This document shows, in pieces, positions 11,669-24,112 of a DNA stretch of 64,000 nt. Source of the stretch: Octopus vulgaris (Eukaryota); assembly GCA_951406725.2 (NCBI GenBank), contig OX597828.1, positions 36,394,001 through 36,458,000 of the forward strand, in the 5' to 3' direction. The notes under the pieces are model-generated. The model was not told the origin of the DNA, did not search any database, and saw only the letters and a program-made list of their open reading frames with translations. A program made the translations under genes and the position numbers. Numbering within the stretch: position 1 is the first letter of the stretch; the number at the start of each line of letters is the position of its first letter.

Positions 11669-12657
11669 CATATATATACATATATAAATATGGGCCAAAC
11701 AGAGAGTTTTTTGACCTGCATGAAATAGTGACCAAATCTTCCTCAAATCACATTATATACGGAACTAGATGTAACAAAGAGACATTATATGATGTGCAAT
11801 ATATGCTTAAAAGGAAGGGATGATCACGGCTAGAATGTCTTTGATTATAGCTGGGTGATCAGGGCTGACCTGGGGTTAAACAACAAAGGTATGTATCTGT
11901 GTGTGTGTGTGTATATTTGGCTGTGTGTATCTGTCTGTCAGAGGAAGTGTGTATTGTATTTGTGTGTATCTGTGTATGTATATTTGTCTCTGTATATATG
12001 TTTGTGTATATATATCTGACTATCCATTTCTGTGTGTGTGTGTCTGTCTGTTTGTCTATCTTTCTGTCCATACGTGTTTATATTTCTAAGTGCGTATCAA
12101 TAAGTCTCTGTGTGTATGCGCTTGCGTGTATCAATGTATATGTATTTGTCTATGTATGTATATGTTTGTATATATATATATATGTGTGTGTGTGTGTATA
12201 GCTGCCTGTCTCTTTCTGTGCGTGTGTGTGTAAGAGTGTGTGTCTGTCTATCTTTCCGTCCATGTGTATATATATTTCTATATAAACCTCTGTGTGTGTG
12301 CGCATGAGGATATGTGTTTATCTGCCCGAGTGTCTGCACTTGAATATGTAGACACAAATAACAATTAGCTGAGGAAATGTCTGGAACAACACCTATTTTT
12401 CTCTTACACTCTCTCCCATTCTTCACTTTCCTCCTATATAGGATTCTGTTGAAGTAGATTTTGTCAAGTTGTCAGAGAAGCAGTTTCACTCCTTTTGGCA
12501 TCCTGTCTTAACAAAGATCGTTTGGATAGATATTTCAGGTGACTGACACGCACACACACACATGTACACCCACTCTCACGTATACAAAGTATTGGTATGT
12601 GACACACACACACTCATATATATATATATATTTATAAGTGTAGGTGGTATACGATAT

Positions 12658-12689
<32 letters not shown>

Positions 12690-12924
12690 CATTATCATCG
12701 TCGTAGGTGCTTTTTACGTGCCACCGGCACAGGGGCCTGTCGGGTAGCACTGGCATCGACCACGTTCAGATGGTTCATTTTTTGTGTCACCAGCACAGGA
12801 GCTAGTCGGTGTGTATGTGGGAGGGGGGCACACCAGCATTAATATATATATATACACACACCCACACACATATACATACATATATATATATATATAAACA
12901 CACTCATAAGTATAGATATATATA

Positions 12925-13137
12925 TCTTTACTACACAGAGGGAACAAACAAGGACAGACAAACGGATTAAGTCGATTATATCGACCCCAGTGCGTAACTG
13001 GTACTTAATTTATCGACCCTGAAAGGATGAAAGGCAAAGTCGACCTCGGCGGAATTTGAACCCAGAACGTAACGGCAGACGAAATACGGCTACGCATTTC
13101 GCCCGGCGTGCTAACGTTTCTGCCAGCTCGCCGCCTT
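12925..13137 (-). mobile_element. SINE family B
   Basis: Ends CCAGCTCGCCGCCT on the + strand. The direct repeat TCATAAGTATAGATATA on both sides (about 12904 and 13138) is a likely TSD. Confidence 0.88.
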
Positions 13138-13214
13138 TCATAAGTATAGATATACATGCACACATATACGTGCATGTGTGTAGGCACATGGCCTAGTGGT
13201 AAGATGTTGTACTC

Positions 13215-13448
13215 TTAGGCAGCGAGCTGGCAGAAACGTTAGCACGTCGGACGAATTGCGTAGCCGTATTTCGTCTGCCGTTACGTTCTGAGTTCAAATT
13301 CCGCCGAGGTCGACTTTGCCTTTCATCCTTTCGGGGTCGATTAATTAAGTACCAGTTACGCACTGGGGTCGATGCAATCGACTTAATACCTATGTCTGTC
13401 CTTGTTTGTCCCCTCTGTGTTTAGCCTCTTGTAGGTAATAAAGAAATA
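13215..13448 (+). mobile_element. SINE family B inserted into an older tRNA-SINE head
   Basis: AGGCAGCGAGCTGGCAGAAACG head and GAGTTCAAATTCC B box. 17-bp TSD GGTAAGATGTTGTACTC at 13198-13214 and 13449-13465. Confidence 0.92.
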
Positions 13449-14199
13449 GGTAAGATGTTGTACTCATGATAACAAGATTGTGGTTTCGATTCCCAGACCA
13501 GCAATGCCAAATTCTCCATTTTATGTTGCTCCACTTGATACGGTTGTAAATGAGTAACTCTGCGATGAACTGGTCTTCTATTCAGAGGGGATGTTGGCCA
13601 ACATAGTCAGTGGGGATGGCACCGTAACTAGAAATAGCATTAATCATCCTGCTTGTGATATACATGGAAAGACAGAGCCCAATCGCTGACTGACATCACT
13701 AAAAGTCAGTGGGTTTATTAACAACTAATTAATTAAAGTAGCAGAAGCAGTTTTAATAGCAAAAGGTAAAACTGATCACCACTTAGTGGCACCAGTGCCT
13801 GATTGGTTTCTCTGATTCTATGCCTGTTGCTAGCAGGACGGTTACTGCTATTTCCAGCAGTCAGATATCTACTATTGACAAGGCCAAGGAAGGCCAAAAC
13901 TACAAGATCTGGTAGTGCTGGCAGTGATTGTCTCCCCTTAGCAGTGTAAACAAGAGTGCTCATATGCACCACAAAACCATATGAGAGGTTCTCTCATGGT
14001 ATATAATGCAGTATTGTGGGTTCTAACACAGCATTCACAAAAAGTGGTGATAAACTTCACCTTTTAGTATTAATATTGCTTCTGTTGCTTTAATTACACA
14101 CACACACACATACGCACGCGCGCACACACACATACGCGCGCGCACACACACACACACACATGATGTTCATGTGCATGAATGCTAGAGTCCAAATTAACC

Positions 14200-14460
14200 G
14201 AGAGGAGAACTGGTTATAAGAGACATCAGGTGTTGTGCACACAAGAGAAGGCTGTACTGATATGAGCAAATGATGTGCATCAAGAGAGAGTTCTGCACAA
14301 AAATGTGCCAAGAACTCCAAGCTGGAGGAACCTGTGAAAGAAGAGGGGGTGCCAAAGGTGGAATGAGATGGCTTCAAGATACTGCATCTCTCAGAGGAAA
14401 TGACTAAGAACTGTACTAATTGATGATATGCAGTGCTGCAGAAGACCCATTCATTCATGG
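14200..14460 (+). mobile_element. degraded RTE-type LINE 3' fragment
   Basis: A broken translation (..LEEPVKEEG..W..L.L.EEMTKN....AVLQKT) recalls the RTE ORF C-terminus. Heavily mutated. Confidence 0.35.
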
Positions 14461-14463
14461 CAA

Positions 14464-14700
14464 CATCATCATCATCATCATCATCATCGTTTAACGTCCG
14501 TTTTCCGTGCTAGCATGGGTTGGACGGTTCGACTGGGGTCTGGGAAGCCAGGAGGCTGCACCAGGCTCCAGTCTGATCTGGCAGTATTTCTACTGCTGGA
14601 TGCCATTCCTAACGCCAATCACTTTGTGAGTGTAGTGGGTGCTTTTTACGTTCCACTGGCACAGGTGCCGGGCGAGGCTGACAACGGCCACGATCGGTCG
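14464..14700 (-). mobile_element. family D element with (GAT)n tail
   Basis: (CAT)n-CGTTTAACGTCCGTTTTCC..GCTAGCATGGGTTGGACGG module. Confidence 0.85.
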
Positions 14701-15214
14701 GACCCATATATTTATTAAGTACTCTCTGTATACCTACATTCGCTTCTCTGACCCCCCCCCCCCAATTCCCTAATAACCATTTCTAGCCTTTCTGTAATCA
14801 CTGTCCCTTTTCCAAATTTACATTTACTATGTACAAGACCTCTCTGAACCATTTAACATGGTGATGTGGTTTGTTAAATTGGCAGAGAATGTGTAGAGTT
14901 ATGAGGTCCAAGGGCCATTCAGCCTCTCTAGTGTTGGTGCCACAAGAAAATACACCCAGAACATTCAAGCATCAAGCTATAGAAACCAAGCCAGATGACA
15001 CATACAAGCACCTACTCATTAGAAATTGTAGCTCTTCATGGGAGATAACTCAGACCATGATGACGTCCAAACCATGTCATTGTGGATGTAAAATGACAAT
15101 GATGCTGATGATAATTATGATGATGATGATGTCATACACAGATATAGTCTTCACTCAGGCATAACAATACTAATAATATGTTACTCTTTTATTCTTTTAC
15201 TTGTTTCAGTCATT

Positions 15215-15467
15215 TGTATGAATAGGAGTTCGTGTGTTGTTTTTATCGAATGGAGCTATGATCAAAGGTGTTCTAGCTTTGGCCATTCGATTTTCAAACA
15301 CAACCTCGCGCGCACTAACCCAGTCTCTCTCAAATTACCATCCCCCACCTAAAGGGGCTGATGTGGCCCCTAATATACACGAAAAAAAAAATGGAATTGC
15401 CAAAGCTAGAACACCTTTGATCATAGCTCAATTCGATCAAATCAACACACGAACCCCTATTCATACA
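15215..15467. mobile_element. MITE with long (about 70-bp) terminal inverted repeats
   Basis: TGTATGAATAGGAGTTCGTGTGTTG...GAGCTATGATCAAAGGTGTTCTAGCTTTGGC mirrors GCCAAAGCTAGAACACCTTTGATCATAGCTC...CAACACACGAACCCCTATTCATACA. Confidence 0.85.
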
Positions 15468-16051
15468 TATTTCAGAGAAACTAAAGACCCAAAATATTTT
15501 CGACGGCGGCTCCAGTATCGATTCTGTCAGCCCATAATGCGCAGATGGTTCTATAACGATTTCTATAGAAGGCAAAAAGCTAGCATTTGTTTTCTTTGAC
15601 ACACTCGGTTATCTCCCTTACTCCGTTGTTGACTAAACACTATTTCGGCTTCTTTGTGAGTTTCTTTCACGATGATGCTTCCACCCCACCTCCCAACACC
15701 ATCGTCGTCGTCATAGTCATCGTCGTCGTCGTCGTCATCTTCTTCTTCATCATCTTCATTATCAATATCATCATTGACTCTACCATCGTTGCCATCATGT
15801 TAAATTTCTTCTGACGACTTCAAATCTTTCAAATTTTCACCAGATTTTTCTTTCCTTCGTTTATTTACTTTTCAAATTCTCTACTCTCTCGTAATCTTAA
15901 TGATAATGAAGATGTAACTTCTTTATTATTAATTTCTTGTTTAAAAAATAATAAACGCGATTCGTCATCAGCAGTAAAACTAATGGAAAAAAAAAGATCT
16001 GGTGAAAAATTGAAATATTCCAAGTGCTTGGAAGAAATTTAACAAGATCCC

Positions 16052-16087
16052 TCCACCACCTCCACCACCACCACTTCCACCACCACA

Positions 16088-16151
<64 letters not shown>

Positions 16152-16152
16152 G
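16052..16152. repeat. (CAC)n(CAT)n microsatellite
   Basis: Directly visible. Confidence 0.95.
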
Positions 16153-19100
16153 TATCATTATTCAGCTAATCCGTTTCCAGACGCATATCTTTCGTTGTAT
16201 AAAACTCGTCGTTGTTTAATCTCGGATCAACCCTAATCCAGCAGATCTACAATCAAAGGCACAGAATGGTTCCAGCAACAACCATTCGTTTTTTTTCTTT
16301 TCTTCCAAACATAATACATCTAAGATTATATTCTCTAATATCACACTTCATAATTTCTCAACACCAGAAATCGCCAAACACATCATTAAAGACAAATTTG
16401 GTGAACTGGGCCAAATGATTACGAAGTTTGCTTCTCGATAACGTAGTTCCGGGAGGAATTCCCTTGCTCAATTCTTAGGCAAGATGTTTTTTACTACATA
16501 ACTTCAGAGTTGACCCCAACTCTATGAGGATAATTGTGTAGATAGAAAATACAATAGTACACGAGACGGATAGTCTGAAAAGTATTGTATAAGATAATAA
16601 GGTTCTGAAATAATTGAAAATGTCGCCGTCAAGAATCTTCAAGTTGTTTGGTGTTAGCACTTTGTTTCGTTTTTCGCCTAGGAATTTCACAATTTAAGTC
16701 TTCACATCCACCAACAAAAGCTCCAGGAATAGACAACTATTTTCAGGAAGGGAGCTGTATGACCCATGATTCAGCAGGCGGCCGCTTTACTTAAGAATAA
16801 TTCATGGTAATTTTTCATTGGTATATCGTTCAGAAAATCCTGCTTGGCCTCACTCTGTCCATGACTAATTCTGTACTTGACCGCAGCACCTTAGAAATAC
16901 CAGCCGAATCTTGACCTATATCTTACTACCTTAAGAAAAAGGATATTGGATGTAGGGCTTCAAGATCCTAGATGTAGGGATTGTCTTGCTTGGATGTCTT
17001 ATGATCGTAGGTGTTTGCTTGATCAGAACTAGCCTTGGACAAAACAATAACACGGTAAAGAAAAAAGAAAAGAAAATCTTCATAATTTCTTCAAAAAAAA
17101 TAACCACAATTGCAAGATAATAAATAATAAAAACCAAAGCACTTACTCTATTTTAAAATTTTAAACCACTGAAAAAAAATAGGGCATATATGAATTAGGA
17201 TGATTTAAATATTTTTAAAATAGTGGGAAGTTGGGGTACAAATCTAGGACCGAAGGCATTCCAGCCGAGAGTACGCTGTCAAATGTATCACTATTTAAGA
17301 TTGTGGGGGGACAAAAATTTCGAGGGAAATTTGTTATTTCTGGCCAATTAAGAGACTATATAGAGAAGGCACAAACGACCTTTTTCAATCAGCGGTCCTT
17401 ATCAAGTGAAACACGTCTTAAACCGGACCTTCACTAAGATAGGAATATTTAACAAACATCACATGAAGTTCCTTTAGCTAATTTAATCAACGTCGCCACA
17501 TTTCCTTCTATTTCTGTGTGCCCCGAACCACCGACTTTGCTTCTTCATAACATTATCTTTTACTCGTTTCAGTCATTAGATGCGGCTTTGTTGAAGAATT
17601 TTTAAGCCCAGGGAATCGACCTCAGTACTTAGGTTTTAAAGACTAGTACTTATTTTATCGGTTACTTTTGACGAACCACTCAGTTACGCAAACGTAAACA
17701 CACACACCCACACACATACGTACGAACACACACCACACACGCACACACATACACACGAACACGCACACACATTATTTAAGAGCTTGATTTGGCTTCATGT
17801 AGGTTCACAGGCGTCTAACGGAATATATACATACATATATATATATATATATTCGACGGGTTTCTTTCAGTTTCCGTCTATCAGATCCACTCACAAGGCT
17901 CTGATCGATCCGTGGCTGATGTAGAGAACACCTGTTCAAGGTGACCCGGATCTATCTGGTTGTGAAGCAAACTTCTTACTGTGGAAAATGCATACTTTTT
18001 AACAAAATTTTCCAGAGATATATTTTAGAGTTATAAGAATTTGTTGTAAAAAACGTTTCCGGAAAGGTGTTGAGGAGTTTCGGATAAATCACACACTTCC
18101 ATCTGTTTCATTTCTGAAAACTGGGTATATTTTAATAACATTTTCCACAAATGTGCTTCAGATCATATGGATTAACAGTTATGTCGGAATTTGATGTGGA
18201 AAATGATTAGGAGTGGAATGTAGACGGATAATTCATACATGTCAATTTTGTCTCCTCATACATTTTGATAAGGTGTTTGAAATATCCACATTTCCTTGGG
18301 GGGTTTTTTCACATCCAATTCCGATATTGTTGTAATCTATACCATCTGAAGAGTATTTGCTGTAAATTTTATTTTAAAATATACATTTTTCAAAAACTTA
18401 TGAGGAAATCAAGTCGGCTGGGACTGAGGACACACACAACTGTAGCTTTGCCAAATGGAAGTCTAAAGACAAACATGTCTAGTGTGCATTCACCAGCAGA
18501 CAATAAATACCAGTCTACTCCAGTCATGGGCAACTTGCAACCTGAAGGACTTTGAATTGTTTTACTAGTGTGGCCCGCTTAATGATGAGCCTTGGCTCAT
18601 GCAGCCCGCTTCTCCAAAAAGATGGCTCATACCTTATATGCACCATTCTACGTTGTCTATAGCCTCAAAATTTCAATCGAGTTACTTCCCTTGTTTGTCT
18701 TCTAAAGTTTTAAACATCGCTAGAGGGAGATATTGTATACTGAATACTTGAAGAATTTCATCTTTCGTCTTTCATCTGTTTCAGTCATTTGACTGCGGCC
18801 ATGCTGGGGCATCGCCTTGTAAGGTATTAGTCGACGAAATCGACTCCAGGACTTATTTTGTTTTTAAGCCCGGTACTTATTTCATCGGTCACTTTGGCCA
18901 AAACGCTAAGTGGTGGTGGTGGTGGTGGTAGTGGTGGGTCAAACACATACACACGCACGTGGGCTTCTTTCAGTTTCCGTCTACCAATTCACCCACAAGT
19001 TTTTGGTCAGCCCAGGGTTATTGTAGATGTCCAAGGTGTCACATAATGGGACCGACCCGAACCATGTGGTTAGGAAGCAATATTTAGAATTTTGTTTTCT

Positions 19101-19280
19101 TTTCAGTCTCACTACATTACAAATGTGAATCCCTAGTGTATTTGTATTTTGTAGGTAGAACCCTTCTCTTAGTTATTTTGATCTCCATCCCTATCGCGTA
19201 TAGACCAGTGTACACCAGGCACGAGTAACCTTTTTCGAGAAGCAGACCACATAAAACATGGCCCATCATAAGGTGGCCCG

Positions 19281-20043
19281 GGATCTTTTCCTTTTGAACG
19301 GCACATGTCAACACAATTTCTAGTTAACTAAACACTTTAAAACTTCGTATACTGGTAGAATGTGTCAAAATAAAACATTTTTTTCTCTTGGCTTTCTTGA
19401 TAAAATAGTAATTCGTTTGTTTAACGTAGTTTAATTTTTCGAATTTTAACCAATCAGTTGCCTCTAATTGAGCTAAAATCATTTATACACCTGAGACAAC
19501 ATCCTGTCACTAACCCTAACCCTAAATTTTAGCCTTTCGTTTTTTTTTCTTAATTGTTAAATTAATTTAAGGATAACGATTAAGAAAAAAAAACGAAAGC
19601 AATGGAAAAATAATTTAAACAATTAACAAAGTAATTTTATACACACACTTTCCGTACGTATACATAACGAAAGGCTAAAACGAAAGCAAGAACTCAAAAC
19701 AAAAACAAAATGAATAATTTTAGACACACGCGTAACAATTAAATTAATTTAACAATTAAGAAAAAAAAAAATTTAGGGTTAGGGTGAGGGTGAGGGTTAA
19801 GGTTAGTGACAGGATGTTGTCTCAGTTTTAGACGCAGCAAATGATTTTAGCTCAATTAGAGGCGATTCATTGGTTAAAATTCGAAAAATTAAACTACGTT
19901 AAACAAACAAATTACAATTTTCTCAAGAAAGCCAAGAGAAAAAAATGTTTTATTTTGACACATTCTACCAGTATACAAAGTTTTAAAAGTGTTTAGTTAA
20001 CTAGAAATTGTGCTGACATGTGCCGTTCAAAAGGAAAAGATCT
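19281..20043. mobile_element. foldback / Mutator-like non-autonomous element with about 240-bp TIRs and a 9-bp TSD
   Basis: Arms GATCTTTTCCTTTTGAACGGCACATGTCA...GACAACATCCTGTCACTAACC and their mirror image. GGTGGCCCG is duplicated at 19272-19280 and 20044-20052. Confidence 0.92.
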
Positions 20044-21543
20044 GGTGGCCCGCACTACTTAAAACATCCAAGGTAGTTTTTCGGGTTAACACGTTACCAT
20101 CGTAAAAAAGTGAAAGTGAATTGTCCTAAAAAACAAAAAATCTGTATCGCCTTTGTTCTCAGCGAGCACCCATCGCCCTTCTATAATCTGTGTATGGATA
20201 AGGGACTGGTTGACAACTTTATGAGTACAGAAGTTGTCGAGACCCACATACGAACCCTATCCATTGACCATCAAACGTGTTTCTGACACTATCTGATGGG
20301 TTATAACGGACCAAAGTGCTTCGCGTGTACGATCGAGAGTAGAGTTATTTATTTTCTTTCTATCGCTGCCATTACTTTTCATTCTTTAGGACAATTTATT
20401 TTCACTGTTTTATGACAGTAAACTGTATGCTAACCATAAGTGTCATAGAAGACAGCATATAGCCCGAGTACCTGACGTGGAGGCACTTTCATTGAGTCAT
20501 TGCTTGCGTGTAGTTAAGATGGCTAACTGGTAGGACCGCAAAGCGTTATTCGTATCGGCTTTGCGTTCAAATCTCCCTGAGGTTGATTTTGTATTCCATC
20601 CTTTCCAGGTTGACAAAAGGACAAAGCAAAAAATCCCCCAATCCAGTATTGGTTAGGGGTCTTTTGATTCCTCCTTTCTCTTTAGATCGTATCTGTAATT
20701 CAAAGGCCTAGCTTTATCACATTACAACACGTTGATTCAGCCTGGTGAGTACGTTATGGACACACGTGTCTGTGGAACACTTGACTTGTGATACGTTAAT
20801 TTTTCTGAATTAGGAATTCAAACTGATCGAACAAATGAACGCTCGTCGTCGCTTCGGACGAAGAATCCTTCTTGTGTGAACTCGTACCGATACATGCAAA
20901 GATAACCCTTTTTCTTTATCTTTTTTTTTTTTAAGAGAATGTATGAAAACCGAAATTGTTTGAGGAAAAGCGAAATTGTAATAAGGCGGAATCTTCTCTT
21001 ATACTTTTCGAGGTGTCACCAAACTCTCAACGTTGAGAAGTGGGAGACGACTTGAAGATGAAATGAAATGCTAGAACTCAATTGATTCATTGGCATACAG
21101 TTACTAACGGATAGAGACTGAAGAAGTAATTAGAACAATGATGCGCTAATTAGTCAGTGTTCTTAATTGAACTGGTGTCATAAAATTCCTTATTGGCTCT
21201 AGGGCCATACGTAAGTAGTTGTTCTTCAAAATAAATCAATTGCCAAACGTGAGAAAATAGAAAGTGAAGAGAAAATCCCAACTAATTTGTAGGTTTAAAC
21301 AAGTTTCTAATTTGTTCTATTACTCAACTCACATAATTAGATCAGTGGAGCGTGAGACTCTTCACATGCTAATTACATAACGAAACTGATCATTTACAGG
21401 GAAAATTCCAGATTTTGGCCAGCACCCGAGCACCACAAATAGGATAGATAAAGAATTTGCTTGAATTCTAGGTGCAATCTTTCGAGGAAGACGAAATAAA
21501 AAAAAAATCTTTTGAATGTTGTACACAATCTTGTAATTCTTTG

Positions 21544-21985
21544 TTAGGGCATGAAGCGAAGCAGGGGGCACCACAGAAATGGAAAATGGTTTACGGCACA
21601 AAAGAAATCATTTTAAACTTGCTAAAATAATATTCGGAATGCCTTTATTTCTATTAAGTATAGATGCAGATGTATTACCTAAGATGAATTTTGAGGATCT
21701 GATTAAAGACTTTGCAATTCAAAAAAGTAGGAGGAAACTTTTCAAATATAAATAAAGTGGAAGTATACAAAAATAAACATTATTTTCCCTCTTACTATTT
21801 TGTTGCGTTTTGATAATACATCTGCATCTATACTTAATAGGAATAAAGGCATTCCGAATATTATTTTAGCAAGCTAAAAATGATTTCTTTTGTGCCGTAA
21901 ACCATTTTCCATTTCTGTGGTGCCCCCTGATTCCCTTGATGCCCTAAGCACGCGATTATTTTGCTTAATGGTTAATCCGGCGCTG
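21544..21985 (+). mobile_element. hAT-derived foldback remnant
   Basis: About 130-bp inverted arms (21544-21677 / 21814-21947). 21651-21755 translates LLSIDADVLPKMNFEDLIKDFAIQKSRRKLFKYK*, resembling a hAT transposase C-terminus. The end GGTTAATCCGGCGCTG is hAT-like. Confidence 0.8.
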
Positions 21986-24112
21986 CTTGTAGCAGACTTT
22001 ATCTACATCTCTTGAGTATTGCCCTGCCAAGAGTTTCCTACCACAATTTTCATATTGTGTAAGCGCAGGTAAATAGTTAGTGAAGCCTCAGTCATTGTAA
22101 AGTTGTAGCTTTTAGAATCCCGAGCAGTATTTGGTTGATTTCTTCCCTGCTTGGAAGCCGTCTTCCTCTTTACACTAAAATTATTTCACTTGTATCTTCT
22201 TAGCATGTAACTCTTGTGTGTTGATGTCAAGCTGAAGTGAAAGTATAAGTGATTGATTGTCACTCATTTTTCTGTATTTTGTAAGATGGAGTGAACTACT
22301 GCTACCTCTAGTGGACGGGCGTCCACCACTGAGGATAGGCAAAAATAGCTCGAAACCATCCTGGTCTGGTGGTCCTGTCAAGTTGCTAGAAGATGGTAGA
22401 TATTCGCTCCTCTGCTTGCAATGTATATCGGGTTCAGATTGCATCAATAACCAACTAGAGGAGGCGTCCTCTTGGGGTTAAAAATAGTAGTAAAATGGCG
22501 ACAAACATTACTTCTCGGTATAGTTGCTATTTCCATCTATAGATGGTGGTGCGTAGTGTTGATCATCAAATATTGGCTCATATCAGAAGGCTGAAATAAT
22601 GCATATTATGTGCCAGTTGGAAAAGAGAGACACAACTGAGTAGAAGGTTTATGAAAGATTTATTGATATTTTTACATGCATCTATGTGGGTTGTATGTTT
22701 GCTGTTAACCATGGTGAGGTAGCTCACGAACAGCGCTATATTAGAACCTGTGCAGTGTGGCTGGTTCTGTGTAGGTAGAGATGTTGTTGACGACGTTGGT
22801 GAGAGACATGAAGGTGGCGACGAAGATCGAGGTCACTGTAATGCTGTTGGACGGGTGTTGCCTGGCGTCGTCGCTGGAACTGGCTGTGTCGTGTGGTCAG
22901 TGTTTAGACCTTAGAAGGTCTGGAACCAAAGACTTTGAGACAAGGAGAAGTTAAGTTTTTATAGGTAACGGTAGACTCAAATTGGAGTTTAGAACAGACT
23001 GTCTCACGTGATCTTATTTAGGGACTTCGATTGGTTAGGTTGCATATTGGCGCGATAGATTAAGAGACAAATTGCGCCAATACCAACCAATCAGAGTGGT
23101 GGACACAACGGGGTCCAGATAGCGTCGAAAGGTTAGCTGTTATCTGCTACTTTCGTATGTACGTATATATAATAAAAAAAAAGAGGGATTCCACTAGAGT
23201 ATACGCTACACATCTTTTACAGAGATTTTTGATAAGTGAAATTGTTTTGGAGAAAAGGATAATCTTCCAATGTGAAACTGTTGTCTGAGGTACGAAGATG
23301 TATGAACGCCATTAAATTTACATTTAGCAAAAGAGATCAATAGAATAACTACAAGGTTTAAAACAATTACTTAAGCCAATTTGTTCCCCTAAAGCCTTTA
23401 AGACGGTATCCCGACATGAACAGGTAAAAAAATGGTGACCTTTGGCATTAACACAGAGTCGATAACCAACTAAAAGACAAGAAACTGAACGACACTGATA
23501 ATGGACAATAAAATGAAATCCAAAGATTTCTTCACAATTACTGGCCGTCCAGCTTCTCTCGGGCATTTATACAAGATGCTTGTATCTGTGATTTCTATTT
23601 TCACCCTGTTGGATGATTCGTTCGGTATGATCGAATGTTCTTTATAATTCGCATTCATGATTTGTATCAGTCATTGGTCTGGTTTATCGATTGCAGAAAT
23701 GTGCGTAAGAGATGTGGAATAAAAAAAAAATTGAAATTCATACTTCATGTTTTCCTTTCATAATAAATGTGCTCTTTCTATTAAGTACTGGCCTGATATT
23801 GATCGGAAAGAAACCCACTGGGTCATGCAGCAGAGGGAGTTTAACGGGAATACTACGAAGGAATGACTGAACGCGGGAAAACCGAAAACTCTTGTAACAG
23901 CCGTGGCGATCATTAGTAGTCAAAATCTTAACTCCAAGGAATTTCTTTCTTCAAGATGTTCACCCAATAATTCATTATATCGACTGTACAACCGAGTCTC
24001 TTATGTCCATCGGTTTAATTTCACAATTCAGTGACGTGTTGTAATGAAAAAAGTTTTGCCAATAGATTGAAAAAAAAAAAAAATTTTCTTTCAATATCTG
24101 GATTTTAATAAT

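Noticed and set aside
19770-19810. TTAGGG repeats as a true telomere or fusion site
   Set aside because: Only a few units, and they are internal to a TSD-flanked transposon.
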